A model generated the notes under the pieces. The model did not search any database, was not told the DNA's origin, and was given only the letters and a program-made list of their open reading frames with translations. Positions 1-11,500 of a stretch of DNA of 64,000 nucleotides are shown here, in pieces. How positions within the stretch are numbered: position 1 is the stretch's first letter; the number at the start of each line of letters is the position of its first letter. This stretch comes from Ignavibacteriota bacterium (lineage in GTDB: Bacteria; Bacteroidota; Ignavibacteria; UBA10030; CAVZMI01), in NCBI GenBank assembly GCA_963776275.1, contig CAVZMI010000021.1, forward strand, positions 64,001 to 128,000, in the 5' to 3' direction. The position numbers and the translations under genes are program-made.

Positions 1-177
1 TAGCATGAAGATTAGTAATTTTACAAAAATCTTCTAAAATAATAAATATCAACAGGTTAGGACCTGGGAGACTGAAATAACCCACAAAAAGGAATAGCAG
101 GCTCGGTTCTTTTAGATAATAATGGTTGATGCATGGTTGATGCGTTGAGGAAATGATTAAATATGGAGGTATGATGG

Positions 178-1596
178 TTATTCTTCATTGGCCGCGTAGG
201 TTTTTGGTTGCGTTTGGATCCCGAGTTGTTCCATTCGATATCGAAGTTTCGATCGAGTCAGTCCAAGGACTTTCGCAGCCTTGACCTGATTTCCTCCGGT
301 AATCTCAAGTGTTTTCAGGATCAGTGCTTTCAAGACTTTTGACATTGAAATCCCTGTTGGTGGAATTGTGAGTGAAAACTCTTTATTACTGAGTGATGTT
401 TTATCAGTCATTTGCGACTCCTCATGGCGCAGAAACCGCAGGTGCTGCTGCTGAATTACATTATCGGCTTCAACAAGCACAACTCGTTCAAGGACATTAC
501 GTAGCTCACGAACATTGCCTTTCCAGGGATTGTTCTCGATTATCTCCATTGCTTCCCGTGTTATCCCGTGGACGCGCCTGTTGAATTTTTTATTGAATTC
601 CTCGATAAAGCTGTTGACCAGAAGCACGATATCTTCACGCCTTTCACGGAGCGGTGGTATTTTGAATGCTGCGACATTCAATCGATAAAAGAGATCTTCA
701 CGGAATGCAGCACGTTCGACCTCCTTCCAGAGATCACGATTTGTGGCAGCAATTACTCGTGTGTCGACAACAATCTCTTTTGATCCGCCGAGTCGAAAAA
801 ATTTTTTATCCTGAAGAACCCGAAGCAATTTTACCTGCATCTCCAGACTGAGGTCGCTTATTTCATCAAGGAAAATTATTCCTCCGTGCGCAAGTTCAAA
901 TTTTCCTTGCTTCATTCGTTCCGTTGCACCGGTAAATGCACCCTTCTCGTATCCAAAAAATTCGCTCTCGGCAAGTTCTTTGGGGATTGCACCGCAATTA
1001 ACCGACACAAATGGACCCTCGGCCCGAAGACTTGCACGATGGATATATCGCGCAAATAATTCTTTTCCGACGCCGCTTTCCCCTTCAATGAGAACCGTGG
1101 TGTCTTCGCTCTGAGCAAACCGTTCAGCAAGTTTGAGCGTTGATTTGATTGCCGGACTGGTTCCGATAATTTCTTTTGAATGGATCTGATCGTCTATTTC
1201 ATTTTTCAGACGATTGACTTCACGCTGCAGGTGCACAGTACGTAGTGCTTTGGAGAGAATCACTTCCAATTGATCGATATCCAATGGCTTTACAATAAAA
1301 TCTTCTGAACCCAGCTTCATTGCCTCAACCGCCAGCTTGACATCAGAGTAGGCGGTAATCATGACAACCGGAAGAGTTGCATCGTTTGATTTAATCGACT
1401 TAAGAATTTCGATCCCATTGGTATCACCCAGATAAATATCGAGCAGGACAACATCCGGTCGAACATTGTTGATCATTGGCAATGCTTTGGTTCCGTGAGA
1501 ACAGACGGAAACATCATATCCACAGTGTTTGAGTACTGATTCCAGCGAGGCTGTCAGTAATTGATCATCGTCTACAATGAGAACACGGTATTTCAC
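178..1596 (-). CDS. sigma54-dependent response regulator (NtrC/AtoC family: REC-AAA+-Fis HTH)
   Basis: REC (VLIVDDD...VLLDIYL), Walker A GESGVGKE, ESEFFGYEKGAFTGA, LFYRLNV, WKGNVREL, C-terminal GGNQVKAAKVLGL. Start reset to GTG at 1596 with a GGAGG SD; the track start at 1692 overlaps the upstream gene. Confidence 0.93.
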   Translation of the reverse strand: MKYRVLIVDDDQLLTASLESVLKHCGYDVSVCSHGTKALPMINNVRPDVVLLDIYLGDTNGIEILKSIKSNDATLPVVMITAYSDVKLAVEAMKLGSEDFIVKPLDIDQLEVILSKALRTVHLQREVNRLKNEIDDQIHSKEIIGTSPAIKSTLKLAERFAQSEDTTVLIEGESGVGKELFARYIHRASLRAEGPFVSVNCGAIPKELAESEFFGYEKGAFTGATERMKQGKFELAHGGIIFLDEISDLSLEMQVKLLRVLQDKKFFRLGGSKEIVVDTRVIAATNRDLWKEVERAAFREDLFYRLNVAAFKIPPLRERREDIVLLVNSFIEEFNKKFNRRVHGITREAMEIIENNPWKGNVRELRNVLERVVLVEADNVIQQQHLRFLRHEESQMTDKTSLSNKEFSLTIPPTGISMSKVLKALILKTLEITGGNQVKAAKVLGLTRSKLRYRMEQLGIQTQPKTYAANEE

Positions 1597-1600
1597 TGTT

Positions 1601-3169
1601 TTATTCCTCCGATATTTTTTGGGTAAGCGGGAACGTGATCCAGAAAGACGTTCCTTCTCCCAGTTTGCTCGAGACATCGATAGATGCCCCATGGAAATTC
1701 AAAATCTGTTGTGATACGGAAAGACCGAGTCCCGTACCGCTTGCTTTTTTTGTATAAAATGGATCGAATATTTTCTTCATTTCTTCTTTTGTCATTCCCT
1801 CACCATTATCAATCACTGTTACAACGACGCCGTCGGGATTACCGGATGACCGGGTAATATCGCTTCGAATAATAATCCGCCCCTTCCCCTTTACAGCATC
1901 GGCTGCATTCGTCAGGAGATTGACAATCACCTGTTGGATCTGTTTAAAATCGACAGAGATAGGCGGTAAATTTTCCGCGAGCTCGAGAATTACTGTGACA
2001 TTCTTTTTTTCCATCGTGACTTTCGCCAGAGGAACGGTCGCACGGATAATCTCATTTATATCATGAAATTTAAACACTGGTTTCGCCGGTTTTGCGAAAT
2101 TTAATGTTGCACTCACAATACCATCGATTCGCTCAACACCCTGCAAAGCAGTCTCGATCACTTTCCGTTCGGGTTTATCTTTATCGATTGTACGCAGCAG
2201 AAACTGAAGATTAATATTTACAGCTGCTAAAGGATTACGTATTTCGTGGGCAATCCCGGCAGAAAGCTCTCCCAGAAGAGCGAGTCGCTCTGCCTGAAAA
2301 AGTTTATCTTTTAGTCTTCGTTGCTCTGTGACATCTCTGACAAACGCCATGACAACAGAACGATCCGTATTATCAATCAGACCGGCATTGACCTCCACAA
2401 ATAATTGGTACCCATGACTGGTGGTGATTTCACCTTCATAGAAAACCGGCCTTTCGCTGTGTCTTGCCTGCTGCAGAAAGTCTTTGTAAAAATGAAACGG
2501 CTTCCCTAGCATTTCTTCCCGCATCATACCCAGAAGTTTTTCAGCCTGCCGATTGGCGTCAATAATATGCCATGTATCGGGTTCGAGTATAAATGTTGCG
2601 ATGCTTGCACTCTCGAATAAATTTAGATAGCGCTCGCGGGACAGTTGAAGTTCCTTATTTTTCTGGATCAGCATATCGTTGACACGTTCAAGCTCGAACA
2701 TTTTATCTTCGAGCTTTTTGATTAAGACGGCATTGTACTCCTTGAGATATTCTGATTCCCCCGTATCCAGCTCAGTATCATGAAGCGGTACAGTCCTGCC
2801 CCTGTCTGTTCTTGTCGTTTCATTGACAGCATTTATTAAGACTGATATATCAATCGGTTTAATCAGATAGCGATCGGCTCCCACGCTCCTAGCAAAATGT
2901 TCGTCAGCCGGATCGATATAGTTTGCCGTATAGAAAATGAACGGGATTGACTTAAGATGGGTTTGTTTCTTGACTTCCCGACATAGCTGAAATCCATCCA
3001 TCTTTGGCATTAGTACATCTGAAATAATCAGTTGGACCTGATGCTTGGCAAGCTGTTCCAGTGCCTCATACCCGTTTCTGGCCCGTATCGTTTCGAAATT
3101 ATATGTTGTGAGGATATCTTCAAGAAGATCGAGACTCTCTTTGATATCATCCACTATTAATACTTTCAA
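1601..3169 (-). CDS. hybrid sensor histidine kinase (REC-PAS-HisKA-HATPase)
   Basis: N-terminal REC (IISDVLMPKMDG), PAS (DANRQAEKLLG), H-box AGIAHEIRNPL, N-box NLLTNAADA, G-boxes DNGEG and GTGLGL. Confidence 0.92.
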   Translation of the reverse strand: MKVLIVDDIKESLDLLEDILTTYNFETIRARNGYEALEQLAKHQVQLIISDVLMPKMDGFQLCREVKKQTHLKSIPFIFYTANYIDPADEHFARSVGADRYLIKPIDISVLINAVNETTRTDRGRTVPLHDTELDTGESEYLKEYNAVLIKKLEDKMFELERVNDMLIQKNKELQLSRERYLNLFESASIATFILEPDTWHIIDANRQAEKLLGMMREEMLGKPFHFYKDFLQQARHSERPVFYEGEITTSHGYQLFVEVNAGLIDNTDRSVVMAFVRDVTEQRRLKDKLFQAERLALLGELSAGIAHEIRNPLAAVNINLQFLLRTIDKDKPERKVIETALQGVERIDGIVSATLNFAKPAKPVFKFHDINEIIRATVPLAKVTMEKKNVTVILELAENLPPISVDFKQIQQVIVNLLTNAADAVKGKGRIIIRSDITRSSGNPDGVVVTVIDNGEGMTKEEMKKIFDPFYTKKASGTGLGLSVSQQILNFHGASIDVSSKLGEGTSFWITFPLTQKISEE

Positions 3170-3415
3170 GAAAACTCCAAAAGTATTATATCATTATGTC
3201 TCGTTTTACCTGTTTTTTTACGCCCCCTGTTCAATAATAACCAACTGTCGAATGTTAAGCAAGGAGGATTTTGATAAATCTTGAAATTAGGCTTTTTTCC
3301 GAAGTATTTTAGTGATATAGGCTTGATTGTTAATCTTGGTAAGGATTAAAATCTGTAAAATATGCAAGGAGGCAAAAGTCTTTATAGATATGAGATGATA
3401 TCTCGACAAAATTAC

Positions 3416-3649
3416 TCATTGCCGGATATGACGATAAATTGCGTCGGCAACCTTCCCCAATACTTCACGTTGTTCATAAAACCCCGAATTGAGTTTCATA
3501 CGAATATCTTCTATCCTTTTTTCTCGTTGTGTTATATATAATTGATGAATTGCAGACGATGCACAGTTTTCTATCTGTTCTTTCTCGCGTCGCTTGGGAG
3601 CAGAATCGTCAGGTTGAATTTGACCGTGGAGAATATCCTTGATCCGCAT
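3416..3649 (-). CDS. flgM: FlgM-like anti-sigma28 factor
   Basis: C-terminus REKRIEDIRMKLNSGFYEQREVLGKVADAI fits the FlgM pattern R-x2-(R/K)-(I/V)-x2-I-(R/K)...G-x-Y...(K/R)-(I/V)-A-D. Two sigma28-like promoters lie upstream. Start may be 3649 or 3691. Confidence 0.6.
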   Translation of the reverse strand: MRIKDILHGQIQPDDSAPKRREKEQIENCASSAIHQLYITQREKRIEDIRMKLNSGFYEQREVLGKVADAIYRHIRQ

Positions 3650-3746
3650 GTTTGTGCTCCTTCTTCGGAGTATTGCTATGTGACGTTTCATGTATCTTTT
3701 ATGATCCCCACATCAAAATTATAGTGTACCCTTGAGTCTTTCACTC

Positions 3747-3773
3747 TAATCGGAACCAGAATATATATTCCTA
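3747..3773 (-). promoter_or_regulatory. putative sigma28 promoter (proximal)
   Basis: Minus strand TAGG-N15-TCCGATTA versus consensus TAAA-N15-GCCGATAA. Confidence 0.4.
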
Positions 3774-3815
3774 CATATACCCCGGTACTGCTCACTCACA
3801 ACCCACTTATTTTCA

Positions 3816-3842
3816 TTATCGGAACATGCTTCCAAAACATTA
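3816..3842 (-). promoter_or_regulatory. putative sigma28 promoter (distal)
   Basis: Minus strand TAAT-N15-TCCGATAA with exact 15-nt spacing, upstream of the flgM-like gene. Confidence 0.55.
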
Positions 3843-3893
3843 GGCTGGCATAGAAAAATACAAAATTGCCTTTAAAAATGCTAATTGTACATA

Positions 3894-5675
3894 TTATTTG
3901 CCTATGGTCTCCCATCCGCGTTTATTCATATCAAAATAAATAATTCCTCCGAATACAATACCCGAAACAAGAAATAACAAACCTGGCACAGTATCGCCGA
4001 GGACGATTTTCCCTACTCCGAACAGGAATGAATAAATCATTGCCACACCGCTAATCCAATCGATGAGATTGAAATATCCATCTTTTGCCGGTATAACGTC
4101 GGTTGCCTCTTTAGCAATGTCCCCCCAGAGCATGGGGCTTGGTCGCACCCTGCGATAGAATGAGAGCAATAACTCTTTCGGCTCCGGTCTTGTAAGAATT
4201 GTTACGGTGAGCCACACGATGGTTGTGATACTCATTGTAACAAGGACCAAATATGCGAATCCTAACGGATCCTGACTCGTCAGGCCGAACTTCCACTGAG
4301 CGATGAGCGAGGTAATGAACGCAGTCGCCATCGCTGAGACCTCACTCCATGCATTAATACGCCACCAGAACCAACGGAGAAGATAGACAAGTCCTGTTCC
4401 CGCTCCGAGTGCTATGAGAAAACTCCACGCACCTGCAATTGAATCCATAAAGTACGTTACGATCGCAGAGAAGACCATGAGAATCATGGTGCTTACCTGT
4501 GATGCGGACACGTAATGTTTTTCCGTTGCATTACGTACCAAAAAAGGTCGATAGAAATCGTTCACGAGGTAACTTGCACCCCAATTGAGTTGTGTCCCAA
4601 CGGTGGACATATATGCCGCAGCGAATGCCGCAAGCATTAATCCCCGAAGTGATGCAGGAAGGTCGGTAATAAGTATTCTGATATAGCCGGATTCCGGATC
4701 GGCAGCGAACGCAGCATCACCCTGAAAACGTGCCACTGCAACGAGAGCGACAATGATCCATGGCCATGGGCGGATAGCAAAATGTGCAATATTAAACCAG
4801 AGTGTAGCAAGGAGCGAATTTTTTTCATCCTTCGCACAGAAAATTCTTTGTGCGATATATCCGCCGCCTCCCGGTTCTGCTCCTGGGTACCAAGATGCCC
4901 ACCAGTTCACTGCCACATACACAATAAATGTAATCATCGGCATCCACGTCGAATTGAGATCGGGTATCAACGAGAGAATCGAACCTGTGCCGTTTCTGTG
5001 TGCATCGATTGCATGAATTTTTTCCAGAAGAGCATCCATTCCTCCTGTTGCCTGCACAGCAAAAACTGCCAGGACGATCACCATTCCCATTTTCAATACA
5101 AATTGAAAGAGGTCGGTCACCAACACGCCCCAGAGTCCGGAAAGTGTGGAAATTGAAGCTGTGATGAACATGATGACAAGGGCGATTAAGAGGGCTTCAA
5201 TTCGTGAAACGCCAAGGACGAGCATCATAATCCTGACGATTGCTAAATTCACCCATCCCAGAATAATAAGGTTTATGGGGAGTCCCAGATACAGCGCACG
5301 AAAACCCCGCAGGAAGCTGGCGGGTTTCCCGTGATAGCGGATTTGTGCAAACTCGACATCGGTCAGGACATGTGCCCGACGCCAGAGCCGCGCATAGAAA
5401 AACACTGTCATCATTCCGCTGAAGGCCATGCTCCACCAGAACCAGTTGCCGGCAATACCATTTCTGGCAACAAATCCGGTTACTGCCAGAGGTGTGTCAG
5501 CGGCGAATGTTGTCGCGACCATTGATGTCCCGGCCAACCACCATGAGACATTCCGACCCGAAACAAAGAAGTCACTGACACTCTTGGTCGCTCTTCTGCG
5601 ATAATACAACCCAATACCAAGGTTGAAAAGAAAATATAGAGCGATGATAATCCAGTCGATAAGGGCGAGTTGCGT
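3894..5675 (-). CDS. sodium:solute symporter (SSS/SLC5 family)
   Basis: DFFVSGRNVSWWLAGTSMVATTF, QRIFCAKD, AAYMST and many TM helices. The frame extends 22 codons upstream of the track start (xQLALIDWIIIALYFLFNLGIG) to an ACG at 5675 preceded by an AGGAGG SD. Confidence 0.9.
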   Translation of the reverse strand, partial: TQLALIDWIIIALYFLFNLGIGLYYRRRATKSVSDFFVSGRNVSWWLAGTSMVATTFAADTPLAVTGFVARNGIAGNWFWWSMAFSGMMTVFFYARLWRRAHVLTDVEFAQIRYHGKPASFLRGFRALYLGLPINLIILGWVNLAIVRIMMLVLGVSRIEALLIALVIMFITASISTLSGLWGVLVTDLFQFVLKMGMVIVLAVFAVQATGGMDALLEKIHAIDAHRNGTGSILSLIPDLNSTWMPMITFIVYVAVNWWASWYPGAEPGGGGYIAQRIFCAKDEKNSLLATLWFNIAHFAIRPWPWIIVALVAVARFQGDAAFAADPESGYIRILITDLPASLRGLMLAAFAAAYMSTVGTQLNWGASYLVNDFYRPFLVRNATEKHYVSASQVSTMILMVFSAIVTYFMDSIAGAWSFLIALGAGTGLVYLLRWFWWRINAWSEVSAMATAFITSLIAQWKFGLTSQDPLGFAYLVLVTMSITTIVWLTVTILTRPEPKELLLSFYRRVRPSPMLWGDIAKEATDVIPAKDGYFNLIDWISGVAMIYSFLFGVGKIVLGDTVPGLLFLVSGIVFGGIIYFDMNKRGWETIGK

Positions 5676-5722
5676 AGCGGTACCCTCCTGAGTGATAAGA
5701 TATAATGAAAAAATCCCGGTTT

Positions 5723-7225
5723 CTATCCTTTGCCGTCAGTGAATGAATGCTTGTGGGGAAACATTCCGACACGAACGAAGCGACTGATCGTTCCTGCAAT
5801 AATTGTCGCAGCGCATCCTATACAGGTATGCCATGTAAATCCGATTGTCGTCCATCCAACAATCCATACCATTGTGAGAAGACCGATAATAAACCCTATC
5901 GTCGCATCAAGCTGTGACGATCGCGACGACAATAGACCTAGGAAGAATATGCCGAGCAAGCCGCCGTAGGTGAAAGATGTAATTTGAAGTCCCATTTCAA
6001 TTACTGTGTGCGGAGTGTTGATAAACAGCATCGCTCCTCCAATCAGAATCGCTCCCCACCCAAAGGTCATAATTCGCGACCAGAAGATTTCCCGATTCAG
6101 TGCCTGCAGTTCACGTCTAACCGACTCCCGCACAAGATCTAGGTATGTCGATGAGGCTAGGGAGCTGATTGCCGACGATAGCGAACCCATAGCCGAGGCG
6201 AACACTCCCGCCACGACCAAACCGGTAATCCCTACCGGAAGGTTTTCAACAATAAATTTCGGGAATATCTCGTCGGACGACCTCAATCCTAATTGATTTA
6301 CCGAAAGCCCGTTGTAAAAAGCGAACAGGCAAAGTCCCAGTATCAAGAAAAAAGCAAATTGGATGACAATGAAAGTAGCATCGAGGAAAATTGCTTGCTG
6401 ACTTTCCTTACGGGTTTTGCATCCAAGAAGTCGCTGGACGAGCAGTTGATCGGTTCCATGCGATGCCATGCTTAAGAACGTCCCCCCAATAACTCCTCCG
6501 GCAAATGTATACGGATACGAAAAAAATTCCTGTAACGATTGTCCGGATGAAAAATTGAAAATCCGGAATTTATTTACACCATCCGCGGTAGCCATCCGGA
6601 CGACATCATCCCATCCATGAGGAAGTCGCTGGAGAATGAGGACCATTGCAGCTAACGCCCCGCCCAGGTAAATACACATCTGTACAACGTCCATTGTGAC
6701 CACGGCTTTCAGACCGCCGAGATAGGTATATATCAGCGTAAAAATGCCGATGATGAGTATGGATGTGACGTAATCGTATCCGGTAATGAGATGTACCGGA
6801 ATCGCCGCCGTGAACAGGCGTACTCCCGAAGCAAGGACTCTTGTAACAAGAAAGACTGATGAGGCAAATTTTCTTAGTGCCAATCCAAATTTTTTACCAA
6901 GAAAATCATACGCTGTTTCTAAAGCGCCGCGATAATATGCCGGAATGAACACCGTACTAACAATCATTCGTCCGATAAAAAAACCGAAGACGAGCTGCAA
7001 GAATTGCATCGTCGAGCTGTACCCGAGTCCAGGCACACTGATGAATGTAATGGTACTTGTTTCACTGGCAACAATGGAGAAGCCGACCGCCCACCATGAA
7101 AGCCTCCTACCGCCGAGAAAATAATCCTGGCTGGTGCGTTGATTTTTCCCGATGATGATTCCTGCGAGCGTAACCCCGGTGAGGTATGCGACGACAATCA
7201 CTGTGTCGATGAAAGAAAGGCCCAA
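5723..7225 (-). CDS. sodium:solute symporter (SSS family)
   Basis: DYFLGGRRLSWWAVGFSIVASETS, YTYLGGLKAVVTMD, GTDQLLVQRLL. Confidence 0.92.
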   Translation of the reverse strand: MGLSFIDTVIVVAYLTGVTLAGIIIGKNQRTSQDYFLGGRRLSWWAVGFSIVASETSTITFISVPGLGYSSTMQFLQLVFGFFIGRMIVSTVFIPAYYRGALETAYDFLGKKFGLALRKFASSVFLVTRVLASGVRLFTAAIPVHLITGYDYVTSILIIGIFTLIYTYLGGLKAVVTMDVVQMCIYLGGALAAMVLILQRLPHGWDDVVRMATADGVNKFRIFNFSSGQSLQEFFSYPYTFAGGVIGGTFLSMASHGTDQLLVQRLLGCKTRKESQQAIFLDATFIVIQFAFFLILGLCLFAFYNGLSVNQLGLRSSDEIFPKFIVENLPVGITGLVVAGVFASAMGSLSSAISSLASSTYLDLVRESVRRELQALNREIFWSRIMTFGWGAILIGGAMLFINTPHTVIEMGLQITSFTYGGLLGIFFLGLLSSRSSQLDATIGFIIGLLTMVWIVGWTTIGFTWHTCIGCAATIIAGTISRFVRVGMFPHKHSFTDGKG

Positions 7226-7289
7226 AAATTACTCCACCCATGCAATTTAAAAACGAACAGGACAGAGTTCGTGGCGGGACGAACGCCTG

Positions 7290-7622
7290 TCAGTGTTTTG
7301 CTACCTTAGGCACTTCGTTGACGATTTGGAAGACCCGATCGAGTTGAGAGATTTTTATCAGGCTTAAAACTTTTTTTCGGAGACCGGCCAGTTTCACCGT
7401 TCCTCCGCGTTCCCGCATCTTGCGCTCCGCAATAAGAAGGGCACTCAATCCTCCGCTATCACAAAAATCCACCTCCGAAAGGTCGACGATTAACTCTGTC
7501 GTTTTCGGTTTACAGAGAAGAAGAAATTCACCTTTTAATTCTGCAGAGATGGTGGAGTCAAGTTTCTTTTCATGAAGCAGAAATAGTGTTGAGGAACCAT
7601 TTTCTTTTACATCAAAGCGCAT
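7290..7622 (-). CDS. STAS-domain anti-sigma factor antagonist (RsbV/SpoIIAA-like)
   Basis: IVDLSEVDFCDSGGLSALL with the phospho-Ser motif; ATG at 7622 with a GGAGG SD. Confidence 0.88.
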   Translation of the reverse strand: MRFDVKENGSSTLFLLHEKKLDSTISAELKGEFLLLCKPKTTELIVDLSEVDFCDSGGLSALLIAERKMRERGGTVKLAGLRKKVLSLIKISQLDRVFQIVNEVPKVAKH

Positions 7623-7633
7623 ACATCCTCCCC

Positions 7634-8170
7634 TTAAAACATCCCCAGACAAGCAGCAAGTCGCTCATATGTTGTTTTAACGTTACGAGCTCCATCCGTC
7701 TTTATCTGTAAATTGAAGAAAGTATCGGCATATTCCGTGGCAAATCCGACACGGAGCCTGGATCGTGACGCTTTACACAAATATGCCGCTGCAAGAGAAA
7801 ACTCTAAATTCAAGTCGAGCACGAGATCATACTCGTTCCTCTGAATGCGGTTGATAATTCCCCGTTTTGGAAGCGCGAACGACCCGATATCATCACGATG
7901 CAGGTGAATCACTTCACACCGCGGTAGCTGACGAACGACAGGCCGGGCTTCTTCAGGAACTATGACTGTGAGATTGCTACCACGAAACCGATTTTGTACG
8001 AACTGCAGAAGTGGCCGCGACATTTCAGAATGTATCTGTTGAAAAGGCATGATGATTAATGCACTTCGTGCCCGTTTGACCGCATCAGTAAATGTCTGTA
8101 CTTTATCGGGTTCATGGAAATGAATCTTCGCATAGAATAACCCGATTCGTTTTCGCAATCTTTCAAACAT
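7634..8170 (-). CDS. conserved hypothetical protein resembling the GT9 N-terminal half (DUF6913-like)
   Basis: YDLVLDL...YLCKASRSRLRVGF...FFNL motif; adjacent to ligA. Confidence 0.6.
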   Translation of the reverse strand: MFERLRKRIGLFYAKIHFHEPDKVQTFTDAVKRARSALIIMPFQQIHSEMSRPLLQFVQNRFRGSNLTVIVPEEARPVVRQLPRCEVIHLHRDDIGSFALPKRGIINRIQRNEYDLVLDLNLEFSLAAAYLCKASRSRLRVGFATEYADTFFNLQIKTDGARNVKTTYERLAACLGMF

Positions 8171-8234
8171 TCTCTTGTACCACTCCTTTTATACCTTACC
8201 AATTATCCTAAAGTATTTTGACAAATGCAAGCCG

Positions 8235-10256
<2,022 letters not shown>

Positions 10257-10276
10257 TCACCTTAGCGTTATGAAAA

Positions 10277-11053
10277 TTACCGCCGCTCACTATTTTGTCG
10301 CTGAATACTTTCTTTTGAAATGACAACATTTCTCACAACAGCCCGGTTTCTTCCGAGCGGTTCAAGAGTTGTACCATTCAGTGTGAAACGAATCCCTCCG
10401 GCATTTCCAAGCGTGACAGTAAATTTTTCTTTTGCTGTCCATGCGTACTTCGCTTTTGGAGGGAAGAGATATTCTTCGGTGCGTTTTCCGTCGATGATAA
10501 TACTCAACCAGACCGAATCACTAGTGCTTGAAATGAGGTGCAGGCTATCCTGGGTAGCCCGGGAAGCCGCCGTCTCGACGGGTTTGTGTAATACCTGTTG
10601 TGGAGTTGATATTCGTTCGGTTTCCTTCACTACATCATCAAATGCTATTTGACGCACCGGTTGAGAGTCTGATGAATGAACGAAAATATATATACCGATG
10701 AGCCCAAGTAGTACAAGTATGACCGCCGAGATAAGAATTTTCGTGGATCTCGGCCATTGTTGCGATACTGTGGGCCCTTCCTGTCGGTCCGGCTTCACCG
10801 GTTCGGGTGCAGGTTCAAGTCTCTTTCCAAGAAAGAGATCATATCGCTGGAGGGCTTCAACCGGATTCAGGCCGACGCTGATTGCATATTCTCTTATGAA
10901 TGCGCGAATATAGGTCTGCTGAAGCGTTTCAAAGTTTCCCTGTTCGAGAGCTTCAAGAAAGTGGATGTTGATACGGGTCATCAAGGCGATTTCATTCAGA
11001 CTGATCCCCTTGGTGACGCGTTGTTTCTGAAGTTCTTCAGCAAACCAGTTCAT
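10277..11053 (-). CDS. RodZ-like HTH membrane protein with C-terminal DUF4115-type domain
   Basis: N-terminal HTH (TRINIHFLEALEQG...YIRAFIREYA), single TM, C-terminal VWLSI...LGNAGGI...NG. Confidence 0.85.
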   Translation of the reverse strand: MNWFAEELQKQRVTKGISLNEIALMTRINIHFLEALEQGNFETLQQTYIRAFIREYAISVGLNPVEALQRYDLFLGKRLEPAPEPVKPDRQEGPTVSQQWPRSTKILISAVILVLLGLIGIYIFVHSSDSQPVRQIAFDDVVKETERISTPQQVLHKPVETAASRATQDSLHLISSTSDSVWLSIIIDGKRTEEYLFPPKAKYAWTAKEKFTVTLGNAGGIRFTLNGTTLEPLGRNRAVVRNVVISKESIQRQNSERR

Positions 11054-11081
11054 GTATAGGCTGAATTTTTCGTGAAGAAAA

Positions 11082-11120
11082 ACGCCAAAAGTATTTTATA
11101 TTCCCGGATACTTTTGGCGT
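11082..11120 (-). terminator. rho-independent terminator downstream of the tRNA-Pro locus
   Basis: 13-bp stem ACGCCAAAAGTAT/ATACTTTTGGCGT followed by a T-run on the minus strand. Confidence 0.7.
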
Positions 11121-11183
11121 CATAAATTCTGACTCTGAGACTTGCGTTTCTTCGAACACATTAATGCATTACAAAAAATATTG

Positions 11184-11263
11184 TCGGAACATCCCAACGT
11201 CGGGCAGGCGGGATTTCCTACCCGTTCATCAATGGCTCGGGATAATCCATGATCCTATTTTAA
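11184..11263 (-). repeat. degenerate tRNA-Pro 3'-half copy with two insertions
   Basis: + strand TCGGAAC[16 nt]GGCGGGATTT[~26 nt]..AATCCATGATCC versus tRNA TCGGAACGGCGGGATTTGAACCCGCGACCC. All mismatches in the last block are transitions. Confidence 0.65.
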
Positions 11264-11283
11264 TATTTCTCTGACCGGATCTA

Positions 11284-11321
11284 TCCGACGAAGTTTCGAC
11301 ATCAGTCGAAACGTAGTCGGA
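11284..11321. repeat. palindromic (REP-like) hairpin overlapping the 3' end of the tRNA half-copy
   Basis: TCCGAC-gaa-GTTTCGAC-atca-GTCGAAAC-gta-GTCGGA nested inverted repeat. Confidence 0.75.
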
Positions 11322-11397
11322 ACGGCGGGATTTTCCGCCGTAGGCGGATCCGCCTCACCGAACCATAATCCTTAGCGGAGAACCCGCGACCCATTGA
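11317..11397 (-). repeat. tRNA-Pro 3'-half copy with a 46-bp palindromic insertion in the T-loop
   Basis: Minus strand TCAAT GGGTC GCGGG TTC[46 nt, 11334-11379]AAAT CCCGC CGTTCCG A. Identical to the tRNA 3' half except TCAAT for TCAAG. Confidence 0.9.
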
Positions 11398-11425
11398 ATA
11401 TCATTTTGTATTATGAAACTTCTTG

Positions 11426-11499
11426 TCGGAACGGCGGGATTTGAACCCGCGACCCCTTGAACCCCATTCAAGTGCGCTACCGGGCTGCGCTACGTTCCG
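11426..11499 (-). tRNA. tRNA-Pro (anticodon GGG)
   Basis: CGGAACG TA GCGC AGCCCGGTA GCGC A CTTGA AT GGG GT TCAAG GGGTC GCGGG TTCAAAT CCCGC CGTTCCG A gives a full 74-nt cloverleaf. CCA is not encoded. Confidence 0.97.
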
Positions 11500-11500
11500 C

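Noticed and set aside
11184-11499. Prophage or genomic-island attL/attR at tRNA-Pro
   Set aside because: There is no integrase or cargo between the tRNA and its 3' copies (only 28-50 bp), and a 5'-half copy also exists, which a simple att duplication does not explain.
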